64,000 nt of DNA from an uncultured Chloroflexia bacterium. Lineage in GTDB: Bacteria; Chloroflexota; Limnocylindria; Limnocylindrales; CSP1-4. The position numbers and the translations under genes are program-made. The stretch spans positions 10,084 through 74,083 of the forward strand of contig CAVUKR010000004.1 of assembly GCA_963742075.1 (NCBI GenBank). The letters run 5' to 3'. Below the pieces are notes generated by a model, which made no database searches, was not told the DNA's origin, and worked only from the letters and a program-made list of their open reading frames with translations. This document shows positions 35,054 to 46,114 of the stretch, one piece after another. Positions within the stretch are counted from its first letter, which is position 1; each line of letters starts with the position of its first letter.

Positions 35054-35850
35054 CCGCCGATGATGGCGGAGCCGCGTCGCCGCCGCTCGGCGGCCGACCA
35101 CGGGACGACCAGCCGCTCGACGATGCCGACGCCGAGATAGAGCGCGACCGACACCACGGCGGTGAGCAGGATGGCGGCGAAGACGAGGTCGGTCCGGAAG
35201 CTGTTCTGCGACAGCTTCATCCAGATCCCGAGGCCGTCGGTCGCACCGACGTACTCGCCGAAGATCGCCCCGATCACCGCATAGACGACGCTGATCCGCA
35301 GGCCGGTGAAGAGCGACGGCAGCGCCGACGGCCAGCGCAACGCCCAGAACGTCTGCTGTGCGGTGGCGCCGAGCGAGCGCATCAGCAGCATCGCGTCCTC
35401 CTCGACCCGACCGAACCCGTCGAGGAGCGCGACGGTGACCGGGAAGAACGTCACCAGCACGACGATCAGGACCTTGGGCAGCAGGCCGAACCCGAACCAG
35501 ATGACGAACAGCGGGGCGATCGCCACGATCGGGATCGTCTGGCTCGTCACGAGGAGAGGCTCGACGGCGCGGCGGACGGGCGCCCATCGATCGAGCGCGA
35601 TCGCCGTCCCGGTCGCCAGCGCGACCGACAGCCCGCAGCCGACGAGCGCCTCGACCAGGGTCGGGACGAGGTTGGCGACGGCGGCCGCGCGGAAATCCCA
35701 CAGGGCCCCGAGCACCCGCGTCGGCGCCGGCAGCGTGATCGGGTCCAGCCCGGCGACCCGGACGTACGCCTCCCAGGCCAGCACGATCACACCGATGAGC
35801 GCGAGCGGCGGGCCCCAGCGGGCGAGGCGCCGGGACGGGCCGGCGGTCAC
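35050..35850 (-). CDS. ABC transporter permease (NitT/TauT-type; ThiX-like)
   Basis: GTG 35850 overlaps the SBP stop (GTGA). The product has 6 TM helices and contains LLMRSLGATAQQTFWALRWPSALP. Confidence 0.9.
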   Translation of the reverse strand: MTAGPSRRLARWGPPLALIGVIVLAWEAYVRVAGLDPITLPAPTRVLGALWDFRAAAVANLVPTLVEALVGCGLSVALATGTAIALDRWAPVRRAVEPLLVTSQTIPIVAIAPLFVIWFGFGLLPKVLIVVLVTFFPVTVALLDGFGRVEEDAMLLMRSLGATAQQTFWALRWPSALPSLFTGLRISVVYAVIGAIFGEYVGATDGLGIWMKLSQNSFRTDLVFAAILLTAVVSVALYLGVGIVERLVVPWSAAERRRRGSAIIGG

Positions 35851-36947
35851 GGCAGGTAGTCGTTGCTGAACAGCGCCGCGTAGTCGGGCGGTGCGCCGAG
35901 CGGCTTGCCGTCGGGTCCGGTCAACAGCTTCTGGTCGTACAGGAACCCCGAATACCCCTGCCACTCGGCCAGCGTCTGGCGGCCGACCGCGCCCTGCGGG
36001 TCGCGCAGGAAGCCGCCGGACGCGAGGAACTCCTGACTCGCCTTGGGCAGGGCCGGGTTCCCGTCGAAGACGCCCGGGTTCGACGCCACGAGGATCGCCG
36101 CCGCGCCGTCCGGGTCGTCGGCGGCGAGCTCGAAGCCGCGGACGGTCGCCGCCACGAACGCGCGCGCGAGCTCGGGCTTCGCGGCGAGCCAGCGGCTGTC
36201 GCAGGCCAGCACGACCTGGTAGAAGTCCGGGAAGCCGTAGTCGCCGAAATCGAAGGTCCGGAGCGGGATCCCCCGCTCGCCGGCCTCGATCCCCTCCCAT
36301 GCCGCGAAGGTGATCACGAAGTCGGCACGTTTCGCGTAGAGCGCCTCGTACGCGGCGGTGTCGAGCGTCACCGTCTTGAACGTTCCCTTCCCGCCGTCGG
36401 CCTTGATCACCGACTTCAGGGTCGGCTCCTCGTTCGGATAGCCGAAGCCGGCGTACGTGCGGCCGTCGAGGTCGCGCGGTCGCTCGATGTCGGACGACGC
36501 GAGGACGGCGATCTGCTGGGCGGTGTGCTGGAGGATCGCCATCACCGAGACGATCGGCGCACCGGCGGCCGCGGCGAAGGTGAGGGCGTCCTGGAAGCTG
36601 ATCCCGCATTCGGCCTGCCCGGCGGCGATCAGCGCTTCGGGCGTCGTGGTGCCGTAGGGCAGGATCCGCAGATCCACGCCGGCGTCGTCGTACCAGCCCT
36701 TGGCGCCGGCGACGTAGAAGCCCGTGTGGTTGGTGTTCGGGGTCCAGTCGAGGGCGAGCCGGACGGTCCCGAGCGGCTTCGCGGTGGGCGTGGCCGTCGG
36801 CGCCGGGGTCGGCGCAGCGGTTGGCGCCGCGGACGTTGGCGACGACACGGCCGGATTCGACGGAGACGGCGCGGGTGATCCAGCAGTCGAGCCGCATGCG
36901 GTGATGAGGAGCGCGACACCGCACAGGGTCGCGAGGATCCGCCTCAT
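35847..36947 (-). CDS. NMT1/THI5-like ABC substrate-binding lipoprotein (ThiY-like)
   Basis: Lipobox LLITACGS and the motif LALDWTPNTNHTGFYVAGAKGWYDDAGVDL. Located downstream of the TPP riboswitch. Confidence 0.9.
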   Translation of the reverse strand: MRRILATLCGVALLITACGSTAGSPAPSPSNPAVSSPTSAAPTAAPTPAPTATPTAKPLGTVRLALDWTPNTNHTGFYVAGAKGWYDDAGVDLRILPYGTTTPEALIAAGQAECGISFQDALTFAAAAGAPIVSVMAILQHTAQQIAVLASSDIERPRDLDGRTYAGFGYPNEEPTLKSVIKADGGKGTFKTVTLDTAAYEALYAKRADFVITFAAWEGIEAGERGIPLRTFDFGDYGFPDFYQVVLACDSRWLAAKPELARAFVAATVRGFELAADDPDGAAAILVASNPGVFDGNPALPKASQEFLASGGFLRDPQGAVGRQTLAEWQGYSGFLYDQKLLTGPDGKPLGAPPDYAALFSNDYLP

Positions 36948-37003
36948 GCGGTCGTCCGCGGGCTTCGGGGCATCGGATTCTCCAGTCTGATCTCGCAGAG
37001 GTA

Positions 37004-37033
37004 ACGCCGCCCCCGGGAAAACGGGGACGGCGT
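37004..37033 (-). promoter_or_regulatory. 12-bp GC-rich hairpin (riboswitch expression platform)
   Basis: ACGCCGTCCCCG-TTTTCC-CGGGGGCGGCGT. There is no U-tract, so this is a sequestering or I-shaped terminator candidate. Confidence 0.5.
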
Positions 37034-37046
37034 CAGCGAGTCGACG

Positions 37047-37136
37047 GGCCTGCTTCCTTCGCCGGTACTAGCCGGATCAGGTTCCGCGGGTCTGTGGCGA
37101 TGGCCACACTCTCAGCGCACGTGCGCTCCCCGGAGG
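37047..37136 (-). promoter_or_regulatory. TPP (THI-box) riboswitch
   Basis: The minus strand reads GGGGAGCGCACGTGCGCTGAGAG...ACCCGCGGAACCTGATCCGGCTAGTACCGGCGAAGGAAG. This matches the conserved CUGAGA...ACCUGAUCNGGNUAAUNCCNGCGNAGGGA core. Confidence 0.85.
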
Positions 37137-37276
37137 CGGTATTCGATTGTGGCCGGATGGTACACCCGTCCGAATGTCACCCCGAAAACGTGGCTTCCGG
37201 CCGATGACACGCGAACGGTGGCTTCGCAGGATGGAGTCGTTGGAATCTGTCCCGCAGCTCCGTAGGAGGGCCCTTC

Positions 37277-38203
37277 ATGAAACGACTGTTCCTTATCATC
37301 GCCACGGTCGCCATCCTGATGGGCCTCGCCGCGCCGGCCGTCCTGGCAGCCGATCCGGGACAGCACAACGGCACGGTGCTGATGGCCTTCAACGGAGACG
37401 TCACGGTGCCGGCAGGTGAGGTGGCGGACGCGGTCATCGTGACCAACGGGACCGCCAAGATCGCCGGAGAGGTCAAGAGCGTCGTCGTCATCAGTGGGAC
37501 GGCGGACCTCCAGGGCGCGAAGATCGAGAATGTCTTCGTCACCAGCGGCACGGTCACCATCGGCGCCGGCACGACCGTCTCCGGCGACGTCCGGACGATC
37601 AACGCGACCGTCACGCAGGACCCGACCGCCGTCGTCAGTGGCACGGTCCGCGCCGCCGACGCCGACCTCATCGCGTTCGGTGCGGCCATCGTCCCGCTGA
37701 TCGTGCTGTTCTTCCTCGGCTTCGCCCTCGTCACGATCGTCGCGGCGCTCGCCCTGGCGGGTCTCGCGGCGCGGCAGGTCCGGAACGCCGAGGCGCTCAT
37801 CAGCCGGGAGCCCGCCGAGACCTTCGTCTTCGGCCTCGCCGGCCTGATCGTCGTCCCGCTCGCGGCCATCCTGGCCATGGTGACGATCATCGGCCTCCCG
37901 CTCGGACTCGCCATCCTGCTGATGGTCTGGCCGGCGGCGGCCTTTGCCGGGTACCTGATCGCCGGGATCTGGATCGGTGAATGGCTGCTCTATCGTGGCG
38001 ACGCGCCGCGACCGGAGCGTCCGTACCTGGCGTCCGTCCTCGGGCTGATCGTCCTGCAGGTCGCCGGGCTCGTCCCATTCGTGGTGCCGATCGCCAGCCT
38101 GTTCGGGTTCGGTGCCGTCCTGCTGCTCGCCTGGCGGATCTTCCGCCAGCACGGCGCGAGCCCTGTCGTCGCGCCACCGGCGGCGCAGCCGATGGGCGTC
38201 TGA
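37277..38203 (+). CDS. Bactofilin-like beta-helix domain protein with a C-terminal multi-TM region
   Basis: Signal peptide, then repeated G.V..V.V..G.A.I.G.V segments, then about 5 TM helices. Confidence 0.7.
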   Translation: MKRLFLIIATVAILMGLAAPAVLAADPGQHNGTVLMAFNGDVTVPAGEVADAVIVTNGTAKIAGEVKSVVVISGTADLQGAKIENVFVTSGTVTIGAGTTVSGDVRTINATVTQDPTAVVSGTVRAADADLIAFGAAIVPLIVLFFLGFALVTIVAALALAGLAARQVRNAEALISREPAETFVFGLAGLIVVPLAAILAMVTIIGLPLGLAILLMVWPAAAFAGYLIAGIWIGEWLLYRGDAPRPERPYLASVLGLIVLQVAGLVPFVVPIASLFGFGAVLLLAWRIFRQHGASPVVAPPAAQPMGV

Positions 38204-38214
38204 ACGCTTCCTTC

Positions 38215-39099
38215 TCAGCCGTCTCGGCCGGTGTGCCCCTCGGGCGCACCGGCCGTCCTCTGTCCGAGCCAGGCGATGACCTCGTCCACGATGGCCGGCC
38301 CTTCTGGCTCGTTGTGGAGCTCATGCCGGAGGTTCGGATAGGTCCGGCGCTCGACCAGTGGCGCGTCCGCCAGGACCGCCGAAGCCGCCACGGGCACCAG
38401 CCCGTCATCCTCGCCGTGGAGGACCAGGGTCGGGATCCCGAACCCCCGCGTCGCGACCGCGCGCACGCGGGCCTGCTCGGCCAGCGCGAGCGCGCCGAAG
38501 CGGGCGGTGCTGACCTTGACGCAGAACGGATCGTCCACCGTCTTCGCCGCGACCGAAGGATCGCGCGACAGCGTCTCGCCGTCGATGCCGTTGGTGATCG
38601 CCACAGTAGGCGCGACGCGGGCAACGACGGGTGCGAGCCGCTTCTTCCAGCCGGGCAGCGAGGAGTCGAGCCCTGGCGACGAGAGGACCGCGAGATCCGG
38701 CTTCGGCCGGTCGTCCAGGAGGTAGCCGGCCGCGATCAGCCCGCCCAGGGAATGGGCGTACAGGACGATCGGTCGGCCCTTGGAACCGGCCCGGAGGTCC
38801 GCCAGCCGCGCTTCGAGATCGTCGTGGTATTGCGACCACCGCTCGACGTCGCCACGCCGGCCGCCGGAGCCGCCCATCCCGCGATGATCGTAGGCCGCCA
38901 CTTCGAGACCGGCGCCGGTCAACTGGTCGCCGACGTGCTCGTAGCGGCCGGAGTGTTCGCCGAGACCGTGGACCAGCAGGACCGATCCCCACGGCGGGCC
39001 GGCCCACGCGCCGCCGGCCTCGACCTCGTCGTCCGGCCAGTGGCGGACGAGCAGGTCCGTTCCGTCGGTGGCGCGAACGTGGCTGACGATCGAAGGCAT
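38215..39099 (-). CDS. Alpha/beta hydrolase (lysophospholipase / monoacylglycerol lipase-like)
   Basis: Contains LLVHGLGEHSGRYEHV...YAHSLGGLIA...LVLHGEDDGLVP...HELHNE. Confidence 0.9.
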   Translation of the reverse strand: MPSIVSHVRATDGTDLLVRHWPDDEVEAGGAWAGPPWGSVLLVHGLGEHSGRYEHVGDQLTGAGLEVAAYDHRGMGGSGGRRGDVERWSQYHDDLEARLADLRAGSKGRPIVLYAHSLGGLIAAGYLLDDRPKPDLAVLSSPGLDSSLPGWKKRLAPVVARVAPTVAITNGIDGETLSRDPSVAAKTVDDPFCVKVSTARFGALALAEQARVRAVATRGFGIPTLVLHGEDDGLVPVAASAVLADAPLVERRTYPNLRHELHNEPEGPAIVDEVIAWLGQRTAGAPEGHTGRDG

Positions 39100-39172
39100 C
39101 GCCCGAAGCGTACGCGAACGGGCCCGAGCGTCGATGCCCGGGCCCGCCTGTCGGTCGAGACTACCGTGACCG

Positions 39173-40633
39173 CTATCGATCGACCTCGGCGAACGCGTAC
39201 GCCGGCTCGCCGGCCAGTTGCCCGTCGCGCTCCGGCAGGACGAGCGACGGCGTCCGGGCACGCGCTCCGGCCCGAGCCGGGATGAACAGGGCGGCGAGGG
39301 CTCCGAGCCCGACGACCACGGCACCCATCGCGATGGCCGGCTGCAGGCCTGCCACGTACGCGATCGGATCGTTGTAGCTGCCGTTCGCGGTGAAGACCGC
39401 GGCCAGGACCGCCACGCCGAAGACGCCACCGACCTCACGGATCGTGTTCGTCGCGCCCGAGGCCTTGCCTTCCTCCTCCGGCCGGACCGCCGACAGGACG
39501 ACGTTGGCGATCGGCGCGAAGAAGAGACCCATCCCGATGCCCGCGAGGATGAACGGGACGACCATCGCTTCGTACGGCACCGTGGGGGTCACGACGACGG
39601 CGAGCCAGCCAAGGGCCACGGCCTGGAGCGCCATCCCGGTGGCAAGGATCGGGCGACCACCGATCCGATCGGCGAGGATCCCGGCCATCGGCGCCACGAT
39701 GATCGGCATCCCGGTCCACGGCAGCGTCCGAAGACCAGCCTGGAACGGGCTGTAGCCCTGGACGACCTGGAAGAACTGGCTGAGCAGGAAGATCGACCCG
39801 AACATCCCGAAGTACATCAGGAGTGACACGCCGTTGGCGGCGCTGAAAGCGCGGCTCCGGAAGAAGCTGAGCGGCAGCATCGGATGGGCCGTCCGCGCCT
39901 CCCAGATGGTGAACGCGACGAGGAGAACGGCGCCGGTCGCGATCGCACCGACGACCTCAGGGCTCCCCCAGCCGCGGTCGTTGCCGTTGATGACGCCCCA
40001 GACGAGGGCCAGCAGTCCAGCGCTGATGAGGCCGAGGCCCGGGATATCAATCCGGCCTTCCGGACCGTAGGTCTCGGTCAGGCCGTATGAGGCCAGCGGG
40101 ATCACGACGAGCCCGATCGGCACGTTGAGCCAGAAGATCCAGTGCCAGTCGAGGCCCTCGGCGATGGCACCACCGACGAGCGGACCGATCGCGATCGCCA
40201 GGCCGGCGATCCCGCCCCACGCGCCGAGTGCGACGGCGCGACGCTCGCGTGGGACCGCGGCCGACAGGATCGTCAGGGTCAACGGCGTGACGATGGCGCC
40301 ACCGACGCCCTGGATGGCGCGGGCGATGATGAGGACCTGCGTCGACGGCGACAGCGCGGCGAGGGCCGACCCCCCGATGAACGTCGCCATCCCGACGAGG
40401 AAGACCCGCTTGCGACCGAAACGGTCACCGAGCGCGGCGCCCGTGATCAGGAACACGGCGAAGGTCAGCGTGTAGGCGTTGACCATCCACTGCAGGTCCG
40501 CCAGCGATGCACCGAGGTCGCGCTTGATGACGGGCAGCGCGGTCGTCACGACGAGGTTGTCGAGGGCGACCATGAACAGTGCGAGGGAGGTGATGACGAA
40601 CGTCCAGATGGCGTTGCGCCGGGTGCGATCCAT
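39173..40633 (-). CDS. MFS transporter, DHA2 (EmrB/QacA, 14-TM) family
   Basis: 486 aa. Contains LDNLVVTTALPVIKRDLGAS...WMVNAYTLTFAV...GDRFGRKRVFL. Confidence 0.9.
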   Translation of the reverse strand: MDRTRRNAIWTFVITSLALFMVALDNLVVTTALPVIKRDLGASLADLQWMVNAYTLTFAVFLITGAALGDRFGRKRVFLVGMATFIGGSALAALSPSTQVLIIARAIQGVGGAIVTPLTLTILSAAVPRERRAVALGAWGGIAGLAIAIGPLVGGAIAEGLDWHWIFWLNVPIGLVVIPLASYGLTETYGPEGRIDIPGLGLISAGLLALVWGVINGNDRGWGSPEVVGAIATGAVLLVAFTIWEARTAHPMLPLSFFRSRAFSAANGVSLLMYFGMFGSIFLLSQFFQVVQGYSPFQAGLRTLPWTGMPIIVAPMAGILADRIGGRPILATGMALQAVALGWLAVVVTPTVPYEAMVVPFILAGIGMGLFFAPIANVVLSAVRPEEEGKASGATNTIREVGGVFGVAVLAAVFTANGSYNDPIAYVAGLQPAIAMGAVVVGLGALAALFIPARAGARARTPSLVLPERDGQLAGEPAYAFAEVDR

Positions 40634-40658
40634 GTCCGATGGGCTCCTTCCGAAGTAA

Positions 40659-40675
40659 GTTAGTGGTCACTAAGT
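40659..40675. promoter_or_regulatory. Palindromic operator GTTAGTGGTCACTAAGT (putative TetR site)
   Basis: Inverted repeat 25 nt upstream of the MFS start. It nearly matches the site at 41301. Confidence 0.6.
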
Positions 40676-40712
40676 ACAGCGGCCAAAAAAGGGGCAGGTC
40701 GGCCGACGATCT

Positions 40713-41291
40713 TCAGACGGCACCTCCCAGCTCGCTGAATCTCGCGAGTGAACCGCTGAGCGACCACGATTCGGGCGACCCGCCGAGCTCGAGCGCGGCC
40801 GCGACGTTGAGGAGCATCCCCTCGGCGAAGAAGTGATGGATCTCCTCGTTCGACGCGCCGCTGTCGCGCTTGACCGAGGCGTACAGCTCCGTGAACTCCT
40901 CGCGCACGACCTGCCGGACGTCCTCGTCGCCGCAGGCGGCGTATGCCTGGAGCTGGACTCGCAGCAGGTCCCGGTCCGCCAGCAACCGCATGTAGGCCGT
41001 CCCCATCAATTCGAGGATCGAGCAGGCCTGATCGTCGGACGGTCCGCGGCGGGCGGCCTCGTGGAACACCAGCCTCGTCCGCTGGAAGCCGTGGCGGACC
41101 GCGGCGAGGAACAGTTCGCGCTTGGTCCCGAACAACTGGAAGAGGTACGGCTGCGAGACGCCCACGGCGCGAGCGATCGAATCGGTCGAGGTCCCGGCGT
41201 AGCCGCCCTCGGCGAATTCATGCAGAGCTGCCACGATGATCGCGTCGCGGCGCTCATCGGCGGTCTGTCTGCCGGTCGTTGTCGCGTTCAT
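40713..41291 (-). CDS. TetR/AcrR family transcriptional regulator
   Basis: ATG 41291. The HTH region is GYAGTSTDSIARAVGVSQPYLFQLFGTKRELF. Confidence 0.9.
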   Translation of the reverse strand: MNATTTGRQTADERRDAIIVAALHEFAEGGYAGTSTDSIARAVGVSQPYLFQLFGTKRELFLAAVRHGFQRTRLVFHEAARRGPSDDQACSILELMGTAYMRLLADRDLLRVQLQAYAACGDEDVRQVVREEFTELYASVKRDSGASNEEIHHFFAEGMLLNVAAALELGGSPESWSLSGSLARFSELGGAV

Positions 41292-41300
41292 GACACGTAA

Positions 41301-41317
41301 CTTAGTGAGTACTAAGT
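41301..41317. promoter_or_regulatory. Palindromic operator CTTAGTGAGTACTAAGT (putative TetR autoregulatory site)
   Basis: ACTTAGT-N4-ACTAAGT inverted repeat, 10 nt upstream of the tetR ATG, in the divergent intergenic region. Confidence 0.6.
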
Positions 41318-41352
41318 CAGTTGTCAAGCCCGAGGTTCGACGCCCGGCTACC

Positions 41353-42177
41353 ATGCCGCCGATGAGCGGTTGGGTCGAGGTCGGCGATCGCGTGTTCGTG
41401 CGGCGCTACGCCTTCTTCGACCAGAACATCGGGGTCGTGCTCGGCGACGGCGCGGCGCTCGTCGTGGACACCCGCTCGACGCACGTGCAGGCGCGCGAGA
41501 TCCTGGCCGACCTTCGCGGACTGACGGACTCGCCGGTGACGGTCGTCGTGGACACCCACGGTCACTTCGACCACGTCCTCGGCAATCACGTGTTCCGCCC
41601 CGCCACGATCTGGGGACACGCGCGCTGCGTGGCGTTCATGAGCAGGACCGTCGGACCCAGGATGGCCAGGATCGCCGAGGACAGCCCGGAGATCGCGACC
41701 GATCTCGCCGAAGTCGTCGTCGACCCGCCCGACCGGGTCTTCACGGAGACGGCCTCTGTGGACGTCGGCGACCGGCGGGTCGAGCTTCGCTTCCTCGGCC
41801 GCGGGCACACCGATCACGACATCGTCGTCCGGGTGCCCGACGCCGCGGTGCTCTTCGCCGGCGATCTCCTCGAGGGCGGTGCCGTCCCCTTCTTCGGCGA
41901 CGCGTACCCCCTGGACTGGTCGGAGACCGCCTACCGGGTCGCCGAGCTCGCGGTCGGCGTGGTCGTGCCCGGACACGGCGACCATGCCGGACGCCCGTTC
42001 GCCGAGGCGCAGGCGGTCGCGATCGGAGAGCTGGCCTTCCTGGCACGGCGGGTGCGCGACGGGGAGCTCACCCTCGACGAGGCCGTGACGCACACGCCAT
42101 TCCCGGCCTACCCGCCCGACGAGGTCCGCCGGCCGATCCTCCGAGCGCTCATGCAACTCCGAGGCGAGCTCGACTAG
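41353..42177 (+). CDS. MBL-fold metallo-hydrolase
   Basis: Contains VVVDTHGHFDHVLGN and a later GHTDHD. The start is 41353 or 41362. Confidence 0.85.
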   Translation: MPPMSGWVEVGDRVFVRRYAFFDQNIGVVLGDGAALVVDTRSTHVQAREILADLRGLTDSPVTVVVDTHGHFDHVLGNHVFRPATIWGHARCVAFMSRTVGPRMARIAEDSPEIATDLAEVVVDPPDRVFTETASVDVGDRRVELRFLGRGHTDHDIVVRVPDAAVLFAGDLLEGGAVPFFGDAYPLDWSETAYRVAELAVGVVVPGHGDHAGRPFAEAQAVAIGELAFLARRVRDGELTLDEAVTHTPFPAYPPDEVRRPILRALMQLRGELD

Positions 42178-42250
42178 GCGCGCGGCCCCCGCGGTGCGGG
42201 CGACGACCTGATGCCGCCATGGACCTGACTCGGCGCGCCGAGTCGACCGC

Positions 42251-43261
42251 CTACTCCGCGATCCGAACGATCCATCGACCTCGGGCGGCGCCCGCCACGA
42301 TGCCGTCCAGCGCCTCGTCCAGCCCGTCGAGGGTGACCTCCGTGGCGTGCACCCCCAATTCACGGGGCCGAAGGTCCGTGGCGATGCGGTCCCAGAGCTC
42401 ACGGCGTCGCGCGATCGGCATGTTCACGGAATCCATCCCGAGCAGCGCGACGCCTCGCAGGATGAACGGGAAGACGGTGGTCTCGAGTTTGGCGCCGCCC
42501 GCGTTCCCCGAGGCGGCGACGGCCGCGCCGGTCCGCAGTGTCCGCAGGACGTACGGAAGCGTCGCCGCGCCTACGGCATCGACGGCACCCGCCCACCGTT
42601 CCGATTCGAGCGGCCGGCCCTCGCCGGTCACCTCGTCCCGTGCCAGGATCCCGGCCGCCCCCAGCGTCCGCAGCCGGGCAGCCTCGTCGGGCTTGCCGGT
42701 CGCCGCCCAGACCTCGTAGCCACGGTCGGCCAGGATCGCGACGGCGGTGCCGCCGACCCCGCCGGACGCTCCCGTGACGAGGACCGGCCCGTCCGCCGGT
42801 GAGAGCCCACGATCCTCGAGCGCCACCACCGACATCGCCGCCGTGAACCCGGCCGTGCCGACCGCCATCGCGTCGCGCGGCGAGAACCCGGGCGCGAGCG
42901 GCACGACCCATCCGGCCGGCACGCGCTGGTACTCGCTGAAGCCACCGTGCCTCGAGACGCCCAGCTCGTAGCCGTGGGCGAGGACGGCCTCGCCGACCCG
43001 GATCGTGGGTTCGTCGCTGGCGACGACCTCGCCGGCCAGGTCGATCCCCGGGATGAGCGGGCTGATCCGGGCGACCTTGCCGTCGGCGCGGGTGGCCAGG
43101 CCGTCCTTGTAGTTGACGCTCGACCACTCGACCCGAACCTCGACCTCGCCGGGCGGCAGTCCCGTCTCGCGGAACGGTCGGACGCCACGCTCGACCGCGT
43201 CGCCGGACTTCTCGGCGACGTAGGCGCGGAACGTGGCGGGGATGCCGGACATCACGCCCAT
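42251..43261 (-). CDS. YhdH/AcuI-type NADPH:quinone (acrylyl-CoA) oxidoreductase
   Basis: Contains VEWSSVNYKDGLA...IPGIDLAGEV...VLVTGASGGVGGTAV. The start is 43261 or 43252. Confidence 0.9.
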   Translation of the reverse strand: MGVMSGIPATFRAYVAEKSGDAVERGVRPFRETGLPPGEVEVRVEWSSVNYKDGLATRADGKVARISPLIPGIDLAGEVVASDEPTIRVGEAVLAHGYELGVSRHGGFSEYQRVPAGWVVPLAPGFSPRDAMAVGTAGFTAAMSVVALEDRGLSPADGPVLVTGASGGVGGTAVAILADRGYEVWAATGKPDEAARLRTLGAAGILARDEVTGEGRPLESERWAGAVDAVGAATLPYVLRTLRTGAAVAASGNAGGAKLETTVFPFILRGVALLGMDSVNMPIARRRELWDRIATDLRPRELGVHATEVTLDGLDEALDGIVAGAARGRWIVRIAE

Positions 43262-43389
43262 CGTAGGTCGCGACGGCGGGCAACGTTGCGTTTCGGTCGT
43301 GATGGTTGACGGGTCACCGAGTTTTGGGCACCATGCCCGGACCGTGACCCACACCCAAGTCTCCTGGAAGATGTGTATGCGCTGGCGGC

Positions 43390-44953
<1,564 letters not shown>

Positions 44954-44957
<4 letters not shown>

Positions 44958-46096
44958 CGGTCGGGATCCGGACGACGGGAGCGACCACGGTGGCGCGATC
45001 CCGTGCCATCGAGGAGGCTGTTCCCCCGACAGGGACCGGCCGCCTCGAATTGGTCGCGCTCGGCCCGTTCGAGCTCGACGACGGCACGAGCCTGCCGGGA
45101 CTGACCGTCGCGTACCGGCACGACGGTCCCGGCCCCGCCGAGGGGCCGCAGGTCCTCGTCGTCCACGCGCTGACCGGATCGGCCGACGCGGCCGGCGACT
45201 GGTGGGAGCCGCTCATCGGGCCGGGCCGTGCGCTCGATACCGAGCGGGTCGGGGTGCTCGCCGCGAACCTGCTCGGCGGTCGGTACGGAACGACGGGCGC
45301 CACCTCGCTCGATCCGCGGACCGGTCGCCCGTACGGCGCCGGCTTCCCGGGCGTCTCGACGCGCGACCAGGCACGCGCCCAGTGGCGGCTGCTCGACGCG
45401 CTCGGGATCGATCGCCTCGAGCTCGTCGTCGGTGGCTCGCTCGGCGGGATGGTGGCGCTCGAGATCGCGCTCGCCCGGCCGGATGCCGTCCGGAACGTGA
45501 TGCCGATCGCGGCTCCCGCCGCCACCGGCCCGATGGCCGTCGCCTGGAATCATCTCCAGGTGCAGCTTATCGACCGGCTCGGTCTCGACGGCCTCGCCCT
45601 TGCGCGCCAGCTTGCGATGACGACGTACCGGAGCGAAGCCGACTTCGAGGAGCGCTTCGGCCGCTCGACCGAGGCGGACGGCCAGCCGTCGATCGTCAGC
45701 TACCTCGACCACCAGGGCCGCAAGCTGGTCGACCGGTTCGACCCGGCGACCTATCGGATCCTGGCGGGGGCGATGGACCGCCACGACATCGGCGCCGGAT
45801 GGGGCGGCCTCGACGGCGCGTTCGAGCGTCTGGCGGACAGCGGGACGCGGCTGACGGGCGTCGGCATCGAAGACGACATCCTGTACGGCCCGCGCCAGGT
45901 CCACGCCCTCGTCGAAGGCGCGCGCGGCCTCGGCGTGGAGGCGAGCTATCGCGAGATCCGCTCGACCAAAGGGCACGATGCGTTCCTGGTCGAGTGGGAC
46001 CAGCTGGCCGCGATCCTCGCGGAGGCGCTCGGCTCGAGCGACGACCACCGGAGGAGCGCAGCGGTCGACGGCTTGACGTGGGGCGTCAACCGGTAG
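44954..46096 (+). CDS. metX: Homoserine O-acetyltransferase
   Basis: GTG 44954 overlaps the metY stop (GTGA). Contains VVHALTGSADAAGDWW...VGGSLGGMVALE...GHDAFL. Confidence 0.9.
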
Positions 46097-46114
46097 GCCG
46101 ACACGCCCGACGGG

